Below, piece by piece: positions 55,962 through 64,000 of a DNA stretch of 64,000 nt. Location of the stretch: the NCBI GenBank assembly GCA_902561325.1, contig CACEOL010000005.1, forward strand, positions 2,220-66,219. The letters run 5' to 3'. This stretch comes from an uncultured SAR86 cluster bacterium. Its GTDB lineage: Bacteria; Pseudomonadota; Gammaproteobacteria; Magnimaribacterales; AG-339-G14. The position numbers and the translations under genes are program-made. Positions within the stretch are counted from its first letter, which is position 1, and every line of letters begins with the position of its first letter. The notes beneath the pieces were generated by a model. That model was not told where the DNA came from, ran no database searches, and was given only the letters and a program-made list of their open reading frames with translations.

Positions 55962-56351
55962 ATGGCAAAAGAAAAAGGAAAGAAAACAAAAAACGCTAAG
56001 GCTGTTGCTAGTGAGGGTATAGCTCATATTCTAGCAACTTTTAATAATACAATTATTAATATAACGGACAAAAAAGGAAATACTATCTCTTGGTCAAGTT
56101 CTGGAGCAAATGGATTTAAAGGCTCAAGAAAAAGTACTCCCTTTGCCGCCCAAATAGCCGCAACTAAAGCTGGAGAGCAAGCTATGAATTTAGGTCTATC
56201 AGAGGTAGAAGTGGAAGTTTCTGGTCCTGGGTCAGGTAGAGAGTCAGCGGTTAGAGCTTTAAACGGTTGTGGTCTAAAAATCACGAAAATTTCAGATGTA
56301 ACACCAATTCCTCATAATGGTTGTAGACCGCCAAAAAAGAGAAGAGTGTAA
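55962..56351 (+). CDS. rpsK: 30S protein S11
   Basis: [22 protein letters not shown]. Confidence 0.98.
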   Translation: MAKEKGKKTKNAKAVASEGIAHILATFNNTIINITDKKGNTISWSSSGANGFKGSRKSTPFAAQIAATKAGEQAMNLGLSEVEVEVSGPGSGRESAVRALNGCGLKITKISDVTPIPHNGCRPPKKRRV

Positions 56352-56353
56352 TT

Positions 56354-56974
56354 ATGGCAAGATATAGAGGACCAAAAATTAAGCTTTCTAGAAGAGAAGG
56401 TACTGATCTTCAACTTAAAAGCGGATACAGATCTTATGAATCTAAAGCTAGGTCGGAAAACCCTCCGGGGGTTCATGGATTAAGGAGAGGCAGGCTTTCT
56501 GATTACGGTATGCAATTAAGAGAAAAGCAGAAAGTAAAAAGAATGTATGGCGTCTTAGAAAAACAATTTAGAAATTATTACAAAAGAGCAGCTCGTCAGA
56601 AGGGTGAAACCGGTACTAATTTATTACTTTTCTTAGAGAAAAGACTTGATAACGTTCTTTATAGAATTGGTTTTGCTTCAACTAGAGCCGAGGCAAGACA
56701 GCTTGTCAGTCATAAATCTGTCCTAGTGAATGGAAAAACAGTAAATATTCCTTCCTATCAGGTTGCTGAAGGCGATGAGATTTCTATAGCAGAAAAATCT
56801 CAATCGCAAAAAAGAATTACACAGGCTTTATCTTTAAGTGAACAAAGAGAAGAATGTGAATGGGTATCGGTAGATAAATCTAAATTTACAGGTACTTTTA
56901 AAAATTTACCTACGAGAGAGTTGCTAAGTAGTGAAATAAACGAGAACTATATAGTAGAGCTTTATTCAAGGTAA
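56354..56974 (+). CDS. rpsD: 30S protein S4
   Basis: [21 protein letters not shown]. Confidence 0.98.
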   Translation: MARYRGPKIKLSRREGTDLQLKSGYRSYESKARSENPPGVHGLRRGRLSDYGMQLREKQKVKRMYGVLEKQFRNYYKRAARQKGETGTNLLLFLEKRLDNVLYRIGFASTRAEARQLVSHKSVLVNGKTVNIPSYQVAEGDEISIAEKSQSQKRITQALSLSEQREECEWVSVDKSKFTGTFKNLPTRELLSSEINENYIVELYSR

Positions 56975-56996
56975 AAAATCTAAATTTGAGGATCAT

Positions 56997-57989
56997 ATGA
57001 CAGACAATTTTGACATTATCAAGGACTTCTTAACTCCAAAAGAAATTATTGTTGAGGAGGTTAATCCCAATCATTCAAAAATTATATTAGAACCCTTAGA
57101 AAGAGGATTTGGCCATACATTAGGGAACGCTTTAAGAAGAATTATTTTATCTTCCATACCTGGTTCATGTGTTGTAGAAGCAAAAATTGACGGAGTTTTG
57201 CATGAATTCTCAACAATTGATGGAATTGCTGAGGACGTGATAAATATCCTTTTAAATCTAAAAGGTATAGCTGTTCGAATGATGGATGTTGAAGAAGCAG
57301 AATTATCTGTCGAGAAATCCGGAACTGGAAAATTAACTGCAGGAGATTTTGAACTTCCTGCTGGTGTAGAAATCATTAATCCAGATCATCAAATTGCAAC
57401 ATTAGCAGACAACGGTAGTATAAAAATGTCTATTAGAGTTAAAAAAGGAAGAGGTTATGACCCAGTAATAATTTCTGCTACTGAGGAAGGAGAAAGTAAA
57501 GAAGTTGGATTGTTAAGATTAGATGCTTCTTATTCACCAATAGAGAAAGTAGCTTATCAAGTTGAAAATACAAGGGTAGAAAACAGAACAGACCTCGATA
57601 AGCTTATTTTAGATGTTCATACTAATGGCACAATTGACCCAGAAGAAATTTTAAGATTAGCTGCAACTATTTTACAAAGACAACTAATTGCATTTGCTGA
57701 GTTAGGGTTTGAAACTGAAGAGGAAGAAGAAGAGGAGATACCTCCAGTGGATCCAATCATGCTCCGACCTGTTGATGAATTAGAACTTACAGTTAGATCA
57801 GCTAATTGCTTGAAAGTAGAGAAAATTTATTACATTGGTGATCTTGTTACTAGAAAAGAATCTGATTTATTAAAAACACCTAACCTTGGAAGAAAGTCCT
57901 TGAATGAAATTAAAGATGTATTGGCTGCTAGGGGATTATCTTTAGGATTAGAGTTAGATAACTGGCCGCCTTCAAATATAGAAAGTTAA
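56997..57989 (+). CDS. rpoA: RNA polymerase alpha subunit
   Basis: [26 protein letters not shown]. Confidence 0.98.
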   Translation: MTDNFDIIKDFLTPKEIIVEEVNPNHSKIILEPLERGFGHTLGNALRRIILSSIPGSCVVEAKIDGVLHEFSTIDGIAEDVINILLNLKGIAVRMMDVEEAELSVEKSGTGKLTAGDFELPAGVEIINPDHQIATLADNGSIKMSIRVKKGRGYDPVIISATEEGESKEVGLLRLDASYSPIEKVAYQVENTRVENRTDLDKLILDVHTNGTIDPEEILRLAATILQRQLIAFAELGFETEEEEEEEIPPVDPIMLRPVDELELTVRSANCLKVEKIYYIGDLVTRKESDLLKTPNLGRKSLNEIKDVLAARGLSLGLELDNWPPSNIES

Positions 57990-58399
57990 TGAGCAATTTA
58001 AAAAGAGGCAGAACCTTTGGTAGGAATAGCTCCAGAAGAAAGGCATTATTTCAATCTTTAGCTATTTCTCTTATAGAACATGAAGGTATTAAAACAACTT
58101 TGCCTAAAGCCAAAGAATTAAGGTCATTCATTGAACCTCTCATAACTCTTGCTAAGGATGATTCTGTAAGTAACCGAAGACTCGCTTTTTCAAAAATAAG
58201 AAATAAGTCTGCAGTAGGAAAACTCTTTTCTGATTTAGGTCCAAGATTCAAAGATAGGCCTGGAGGCTATTCAAGAATAATTAAGATTGGCTTCAGAAAA
58301 GGAGACGCTGCTCCTGTTGCCTTTATTGAACTTGTAGACAGATCTATAGAGGGCGAAACTGTTACTGAAGTACCAGCAGCAGAGCCTGAAAAAGCATAG
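57989..58399 (+). CDS. rplQ: 50S protein L17
   Basis: [24 protein letters not shown]. Confidence 0.96.
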   Translation: MSNLKRGRTFGRNSSRRKALFQSLAISLIEHEGIKTTLPKAKELRSFIEPLITLAKDDSVSNRRLAFSKIRNKSAVGKLFSDLGPRFKDRPGGYSRIIKIGFRKGDAAPVAFIELVDRSIEGETVTEVPAAEPEKA

Positions 58400-58421
58400 T
58401 CTGATTTTTTTACTAAGTAAT

Positions 58422-61223
58422 TTATAAAAACTTACCGGTATAGGACTTTTTGCATTTAGCTAGTTGACTAGTGTTGCCTGTAGCAACTATTTGTCCGCCA
58501 CCGTTTCCACCTTCGGGTCCAATATCAATAATCCAATCAGAGTTTCTAATTACATCTAGGTTGTGTTCAATAACTACAATTGTATTTCCCTGGGAATTTA
58601 GTTTCTGCAGAACATCCATCAAAAGCTGGACATCATGAAAATGCAAACCTGTCGTAGGCTCATCTAATAAATAGATTGTTTTTCCCGTAGAAGTTTTGGA
58701 GAGTTCTTTAGCTAATTTTACTCTTTGAGCTTCTCCTCCAGACAATGTAGTAGCTGGTTGTCCTAACCTCAAATAGCCAAGCCCCACTTGATTTAAAGTA
58801 TCGAGTTTTTTCTTAATTTTTGGGACGGCTTCAAAAAATATAGTTGCTTGTTCAACAGTCATATTTAAAACTTCTGAGATATTTTTACCTTTATATTTAA
58901 TCGTTAGGGTTTCGTTGTTATATCTCTTTCCATTACATACATCACATTTAACATAAACATCTGGAAGAAAATGCATTTCTACTTTTATCATTCCATCTCC
59001 TTCACAGGCTTCACATCTTCCTCCTTTGACATTGAAGCTGAATCTGCCAGGTTTGTATCCCTTGGCTCTTGCCTCTTGCGTTCCAGCAAAAAGTTCTCTT
59101 ATAGGTGTAAAAATACCTGTATAAGTTACTGGATTAGATCGAGGAGTTCTACCAATGGGGCTTTGGCTTATTTCAATTACTTTATCGATAAGTTCTGTTC
59201 CTTCTATTTTTTCAAATGCCTCAGTCTTCAAAGAGCTTTTACTCAAAATATTTGATAGAGCGGGGTAAAGCGTTTGATTAATCAAGGTAGATTTTCCAGA
59301 GCCAGAGACTCCTGTTATGGATATTATATTCCCTAGCGGAATTTCTAAATCTACATTCTTGAGGTTATTTCCTGAACATCCTGATAACTTAATTTTTCCT
59401 TTATCTGTAATTTTTTTCTTTTTTTCTATTTGAATTCTTTTTTTTCCAAAAACATATTGAGACGTAAGAGAGTTTTTAGCCTTTTTAAGTGATTTAATAT
59501 CACCTGAGAAACAAACTTCTCCTCCATGAATCCCTGCTTTTGGTCCTATATCTATAATGTGGTCTGCTTCTTCAATTGTTTCTTGATCATGTTCTACGAC
59601 TATTACAGTATTACCCAGGTCCTTCAGCCTTTTAAGAGTAGATAAAAGTTTTTTATTATCTCTTTGATGCAAGCCAATAGAAGGTTCATCAAGTATGTAG
59701 GTTACGCCCACTAAGCCTGCACCAATTTGAGAGGCAAGTCTTATTCTTTGTGCTTCACCTCCACTTAAAGTTTCTGCACTTCTAGAAAGTGTCAGGTAGT
59801 TAAGACCAACATCAGAAAGGAAGGTTAAGCGTTCTTTTATTTCTTTAATAATTTTTATTGCTATTTGACCTTTTACTCCTGTTAAAGAGAGCTTTTTAAA
59901 AAAATTAAGAGCGTCGCCAATTGTCATCCCTACAATTTCAGGTAAAGAATATTTATTTATAAAGACACTTCTTGCTTCTAAATTTAATCTAGTTCCACAG
60001 CATTCATCGCAAAGAGTATTGGTCATAAATTTTGCATAATACTCTCGTCTAAAATTGGAATCTGTATCACTAAGTCTCCTTTCAATATTTCTTACGATGC
60101 CTTCAAATGGCTTAAATATCTCTCTTTTGAAACCTCTTTTAGAAACATAGCTAAAATCAACTTCAATATTGCTTCCATAAAGAACAATCTTTTTTTCTTT
60201 TTCTGATAGGTCTTCGAAAGGTGTATCTAGAGAAAATCCAAAAGTTTGACTGACTCTATTTAAGAGGTATCTATTATGATAGGTGTGACTTGCATCCCAG
60301 TCTTTTATCGCTCCTTGATTAAGACTTAGTTCTGGTCTAACAATTAATTTAGAAAGATCGATTTTTGATTTATACCCCAAACCATCACAAGATGGGCAAG
60401 CACCTGATGGACTATTAAATGAAAATAATCTTGGCTCCAATTCTTGAATGCTAAAACCGCATTTGGGACAAGCCATTTTAGTCGAGAATGTATCAAAGCT
60501 TTTTTCATCATCCATGTCTTGAATTTCTACCAATCCATTAGATTCAGAAACACATGTCTCTAAAGATTGTATGAGGCGACTATTATTTTTTGAATCAACG
60601 GTGAGTCTATCAACCACTATTGATATAGAATGTTTTTTGTTTTTATCTAGTTTGATTTGATCGCTTAAATCATAAACCGCTCCATTCACTGTTACTCTTA
60701 CATATCCTTTCATGAGAAGGTCATTAAATAAGTTCAAATGCTCACCTTTTTGCTCTTTTACTAAAGGAGCTAAAATAAAAATTCTTTTTTTATTAAAAGT
60801 ATTAAGTATTTTTTTACTTATCTGATCAATGGTTTGTCCTTCAAGAGAGATATCATGATCTAGGCATTTTGCAGTGCCTGACCTAGCAAAAAGAAGCCTT
60901 AGATAATCATAAATTTCTGTCACAGTGCCAACAGTCGACCTAGGATTATGAGAAGTTGATTTTTGTTCAATGGATATCGCGGGAGATAATCCTTCTATAG
61001 TATCAACCTCTGGTTTATCCATGACAGAAAGGAATTGTCTGGCATAAGCAGAAAGAGATTCTACATATCTTCTTTGTCCTTCAGCATATAAGGTATCAAA
61101 AGCAAGCGAGGATTTTCCTGAACCCGATAAGCCGGTTATCACAGTCAGTTTGTCTCTAGGTATATCTAAATCGATATTCTTAAGATTGTGCTGCTTGGCA
61201 CCTTTGACATGGATAAATTTCAT
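58422..61223 (-). CDS. uvrA: Excinuclease ABC subunit A
   Basis: [14 protein letters not shown], two LSGGEAQR signatures, zinc fingers. Confidence 0.98.
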   Translation of the reverse strand: MKFIHVKGAKQHNLKNIDLDIPRDKLTVITGLSGSGKSSLAFDTLYAEGQRRYVESLSAYARQFLSVMDKPEVDTIEGLSPAISIEQKSTSHNPRSTVGTVTEIYDYLRLLFARSGTAKCLDHDISLEGQTIDQISKKILNTFNKKRIFILAPLVKEQKGEHLNLFNDLLMKGYVRVTVNGAVYDLSDQIKLDKNKKHSISIVVDRLTVDSKNNSRLIQSLETCVSESNGLVEIQDMDDEKSFDTFSTKMACPKCGFSIQELEPRLFSFNSPSGACPSCDGLGYKSKIDLSKLIVRPELSLNQGAIKDWDASHTYHNRYLLNRVSQTFGFSLDTPFEDLSEKEKKIVLYGSNIEVDFSYVSKRGFKREIFKPFEGIVRNIERRLSDTDSNFRREYYAKFMTNTLCDECCGTRLNLEARSVFINKYSLPEIVGMTIGDALNFFKKLSLTGVKGQIAIKIIKEIKERLTFLSDVGLNYLTLSRSAETLSGGEAQRIRLASQIGAGLVGVTYILDEPSIGLHQRDNKKLLSTLKRLKDLGNTVIVVEHDQETIEEADHIIDIGPKAGIHGGEVCFSGDIKSLKKAKNSLTSQYVFGKKRIQIEKKKKITDKGKIKLSGCSGNNLKNVDLEIPLGNIISITGVSGSGKSTLINQTLYPALSNILSKSSLKTEAFEKIEGTELIDKVIEISQSPIGRTPRSNPVTYTGIFTPIRELFAGTQEARAKGYKPGRFSFNVKGGRCEACEGDGMIKVEMHFLPDVYVKCDVCNGKRYNNETLTIKYKGKNISEVLNMTVEQATIFFEAVPKIKKKLDTLNQVGLGYLRLGQPATTLSGGEAQRVKLAKELSKTSTGKTIYLLDEPTTGLHFHDVQLLMDVLQKLNSQGNTIVVIEHNLDVIRNSDWIIDIGPEGGNGGGQIVATGNTSQLAKCKKSYTGKFL

Positions 61224-61270
61224 TTATTTAATTTTTCTTTTAGATTAGACTAACTTATCAGATATCAATT

Positions 61271-61714
61271 ATGGCTCAAAGCGGAATAAATAAGGTTATA
61301 TTACTTGGAAATTTAGGACAGGACCCTGAAGTTAGATACACTGCTGGAGGTGTGCCAATAGCAAATGTATCTATTGCTACCTCAAATAGCTGGAAGGATA
61401 AAAATTCTGGAGAGACTGTTGAACAAACCGAGTGGCATAGAATTGTTTTCTTTAATCGCCTTGCAGAAATCGTTGAACAATACCTTAAAAAAGGTTCAAA
61501 AATTTATGTAGAAGGGCAATTAAGAACTAACTCCTGGGAAGATAAAAATACTGGAGAAAAGAAATTTAGAACTGAAATTGTTGCAAGAGAAATGCAAATG
61601 CTTAGTTCTAGAGGAGAGATGAACCAGCAAAATCAGGATTCAGGATTAGATCAGTCTCCACAAAATTCTCAAGAAGAAAGCGTCCCATGGGACGATGAAG
61701 ATATACCCTTTTAA
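61271..61714 (+). CDS. ssb: Single-stranded DNA-binding protein
   Basis: [16 protein letters not shown]-terminal DIPF; divergent from uvrA. Confidence 0.97.
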   Translation: MAQSGINKVILLGNLGQDPEVRYTAGGVPIANVSIATSNSWKDKNSGETVEQTEWHRIVFFNRLAEIVEQYLKKGSKIYVEGQLRTNSWEDKNTGEKKFRTEIVAREMQMLSSRGEMNQQNQDSGLDQSPQNSQEESVPWDDEDIPF

Positions 61715-62934
61715 TTTTCGTATTTAGAAAGAACTAAACTCACATTAGTTCCACCAAAACCAAAACTATTACTCATAAAAGAATTAAATTCTTTTTCCAA
61801 AGATTTTTCAGGAATATTTATGCCATCTGCTTCAGGAATCGGATTAGTTAAATTTTTATTTCCAGCGATGAAGTTTCCGTTCATCATAAGTATGCTGTAA
61901 ATACACTCTTGTACACCTGCTGCACCTAAAGTATGTCCAGTAAGGGATTTTGTTGAACTTACTATTGGAATATCATCTTTGAATACTGATTTTATAGCAT
62001 TCAACTCTATAGGATCTCCAGCAGGAGTGGATGTTCCATGGGCATTAAGATAATCAATAGATTTTAGACCGCTCATTTCCAGAGATTTTTTCATACAATT
62101 TTTCGCTCCTTCACCAGATGGAGCAACCATATCATCTCCATCCGATGTTGCTGAGTATCCTTTTATTTCTGCATATATTTTTGCTTTTCTTGACAAGGCA
62201 TGTTCGAGTTCTTCAACTATCAAAATTCCTCCTCCACCAGAAATTACAAAACCATCCCTATTTTCGTCGAAAGGCCTTGACGCTGCAGTTGGATTTTCGT
62301 TGTAATTACTGGATAAAGCTCCCATGGCATCGAACAATCCGGATTGTGTCCAATGTTCATCTTCTGCTCCTCCTGCAATAATCACATCTTGATTACCAAG
62401 TTGAATCTGCTCCCAAGCAGAACCTATGCAGTGAGCGCTAGTAGAGCAGGCTGAGGAGATTGAGAAATTTACTCCTTTGATTTTTAAAGAAGTAGCCAGG
62501 CAAGCCGAAACTGTACTTCCCATAGTTTGAGTTACTCTATAAGGACCAACTCTCTTGACTCCTTTTTCTCTTAAAATATCTGCTGCATCAACTTGACTTC
62601 TGGAAGATGCGCCGCCAGAACCCGCGATAACTCCTATCCTGTCAGTCTCAAAGATACTATCTGGTAATTTAGAGTCTTTTAATGCATCTAAAGCACTTAA
62701 ATAGGAATATGCTGCAGCTTCTCCCATAAATCTAAATAATTTTCTATCAATTAAATCTTTAAGATCAATTAAAATGGATCCAGAAATTTTGCTTCTAAAT
62801 CCTAAATCATCGTATTCATCATTTTTAGATATTCCCGAGTTACCTTTTCTCAAAGATTCAGATATTTCATCTAAGTTATTTCCAATACAGGAAACTGAAC
62901 CCATTCCTGTGATAACTGCTCTTTTTTTTGTCAT
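61711..62934 (-). CDS. fabB: Beta-ketoacyl-ACP synthase I
   Basis: [21 protein letters not shown]; downstream of fabA; start at ATG 62934. Confidence 0.93.
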   Translation of the reverse strand: MTKKRAVITGMGSVSCIGNNLDEISESLRKGNSGISKNDEYDDLGFRSKISGSILIDLKDLIDRKLFRFMGEAAAYSYLSALDALKDSKLPDSIFETDRIGVIAGSGGASSRSQVDAADILREKGVKRVGPYRVTQTMGSTVSACLATSLKIKGVNFSISSACSTSAHCIGSAWEQIQLGNQDVIIAGGAEDEHWTQSGLFDAMGALSSNYNENPTAASRPFDENRDGFVISGGGGILIVEELEHALSRKAKIYAEIKGYSATSDGDDMVAPSGEGAKNCMKKSLEMSGLKSIDYLNAHGTSTPAGDPIELNAIKSVFKDDIPIVSSTKSLTGHTLGAAGVQECIYSILMMNGNFIAGNKNLTNPIPEADGINIPEKSLEKEFNSFMSNSFGFGGTNVSLVLSKYEN

Positions 62935-62935
62935 T

Positions 62936-63457
62936 TTAGAAATTTTGTGGATCTTCAAATAAACCAACTCTTAAATCTTTGGCAGAATAAATTTCTTTTC
63001 CATCGACAAACATTAATCCATCAGCGAATCCAATAACAAGTTTTTGTTTTCTGATTTTTTTTATACTGATTTTGTATTCAACTAGTTTAGCTTTTGGCAG
63101 AACTTGACCATAAAATTTTACTTGTCCTGAACCTAGAGCTCTTCCAATGCCACTATTACCTTCCCACAAAAGATAAAAACCTAATAATTGCCACATTGCG
63201 TCAAGTCCAAGACAACCTGGCATAACTGGATCTGTTGAAAAGTGACAGTCAAAAAACCAAAGCTCAGGAGTTATATCTAACTCACCTTGAATTTCTCCAT
63301 TATTGTAATCACCTTTAGAATTATTGATTTCAACAATTCTATCCATCATCAACATTTCATTATTTGGCAATCTTCCATTTCCTGGCCCAAATAAATTTCC
63401 ATCTGAGCAAGCTATAAGCTCATCTTTAGAAAAATTATGTTTATTTTTTAAATCCAT
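62936..63457 (-). CDS. fabA: 3-hydroxydecanoyl-ACP dehydratase/isomerase
   Basis: [22 protein letters not shown]. Confidence 0.96.
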   Translation of the reverse strand: MDLKNKHNFSKDELIACSDGNLFGPGNGRLPNNEMLMMDRIVEINNSKGDYNNGEIQGELDITPELWFFDCHFSTDPVMPGCLGLDAMWQLLGFYLLWEGNSGIGRALGSGQVKFYGQVLPKAKLVEYKISIKKIRKQKLVIGFADGLMFVDGKEIYSAKDLRVGLFEDPQNF

Positions 63458-63543
63458 TTTTAATTAATTATCATACTCTTCTTAAAGATTGCGATGGAAG
63501 ACTTTATCCTATACTATTCGCATCTATTTTGTAATTTGTAACG

Positions 63544-63861
63544 ATGTACGCGGTAATAAAAAGCGGAGGAAAGCAACATAAAGTTTCAGAAGGAGAAGAA
63601 ATTCTACTTGAAAAGATATCTCTAGATGAAGGAGAAATCATTGAATTTTCCGAAGTTTTAGCTGTAAACAAAGACGGCACTTTAAACTTGGGTAAACCAC
63701 TCCTAGAAGGAGCAATTGTTAAGGGCAAGGTAATAAACCATCTCAAGACAAAAAAAATTACTGTCATAAAAATGAAAAGAAGAAAAGATTATAGAAAAAA
63801 ACAGGGACATAGGCAGAATTTAACAAAAGTAAAAATTGAATCTATAAGTTATGGCGCATAA
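63544..63861 (+). CDS. rplU: 50S protein L21
   Basis: [15 protein letters not shown]. Confidence 0.97.
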   Translation: MYAVIKSGGKQHKVSEGEEILLEKISLDEGEIIEFSEVLAVNKDGTLNLGKPLLEGAIVKGKVINHLKTKKITVIKMKRRKDYRKKQGHRQNLTKVKIESISYGA

Positions 63862-64000
63862 AAAAGCTGGCGGAAGCTCAAGAAATGGAAGAGATTCTGA
63901 GTCGAAGAGACTTGGAGTTAAAAGATATGGTGGCCAAGTAGTTTCTGCAGGAGAAATAATTGTCAGGCAAAGAGGGACAAAATTTCATCCTGGACAGAAT
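63851..64000 (+). CDS. rpmA: 50S protein L27, 3'-truncated by window edge
   Basis: Hand translation [24 protein letters not shown]...[10 protein letters not shown]; overlaps rplU by 11 nt. Confidence 0.96.
   Translation, partial: MAHKKAGGSSRNGRDSESKRLGVKRYGGQVVSAGEIIVRQRGTKFHPGQN

Noticed and set aside
30296-58251. Many 60-150 aa antisense ORFs inside tuf, rpoBC and r-protein genes
   Set aside because: Shadow frames of highly conserved genes, with Ser/Phe/Leu-rich composition typical of reverse complements
61224-61270. LexA box between uvrA and ssb
   Set aside because: No CTGT-N8-ACAG in the 47-bp spacer; absence alone is uninformative without knowing whether lexA exists

Overview
A 64 kb, AT-rich (roughly one-third GC by eye), very tightly packed chromosomal segment of a streamlined gammaproteobacterium. 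Gene content and style resemble marine SAR86-type genomes; this is an inference, not a search result. About 1-28 kb is a mixed metabolic/accessory region: ilvIHC, SDR, sulfatase, a ZnuD-like TonB receptor with a small upstream ORF, epoxide hydrolase, desaturase operon, amidohydrolase, MFS, coaE-yacG, rnr-rlmB-lpxC-secA-argJ, a GH3 glycosidase and birA. About 29-58 kb is the tuf-secE-nusG-rplKAJL-rpoBC-str-S10-spc-alpha supercluster, followed by uvrA/ssb, fabBA and rplU-rpmA. Six tRNAs are present. No rRNA, CRISPR, integrase or transposase was seen. The strongest candidate for an undescribed system is a 95-aa uORF (signal peptide, His-rich tract, CxxC, C-terminal RAPP ribosome-arrest motif) directly upstream of the His/Glu-loop receptor. 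Its codons just before the arrest motif can pair with the receptor Shine-Dalgarno, suggesting a metal (possibly zinc)-sensing ribosome-stalling switch. Other oddities: tRNA-Trp overlaps the tuf stop codon, the rRNA-spacer-type tRNA-Ile/tRNA-Ala pair is split by 8.5 kb with no rRNA, and SecA lacks its zinc finger.
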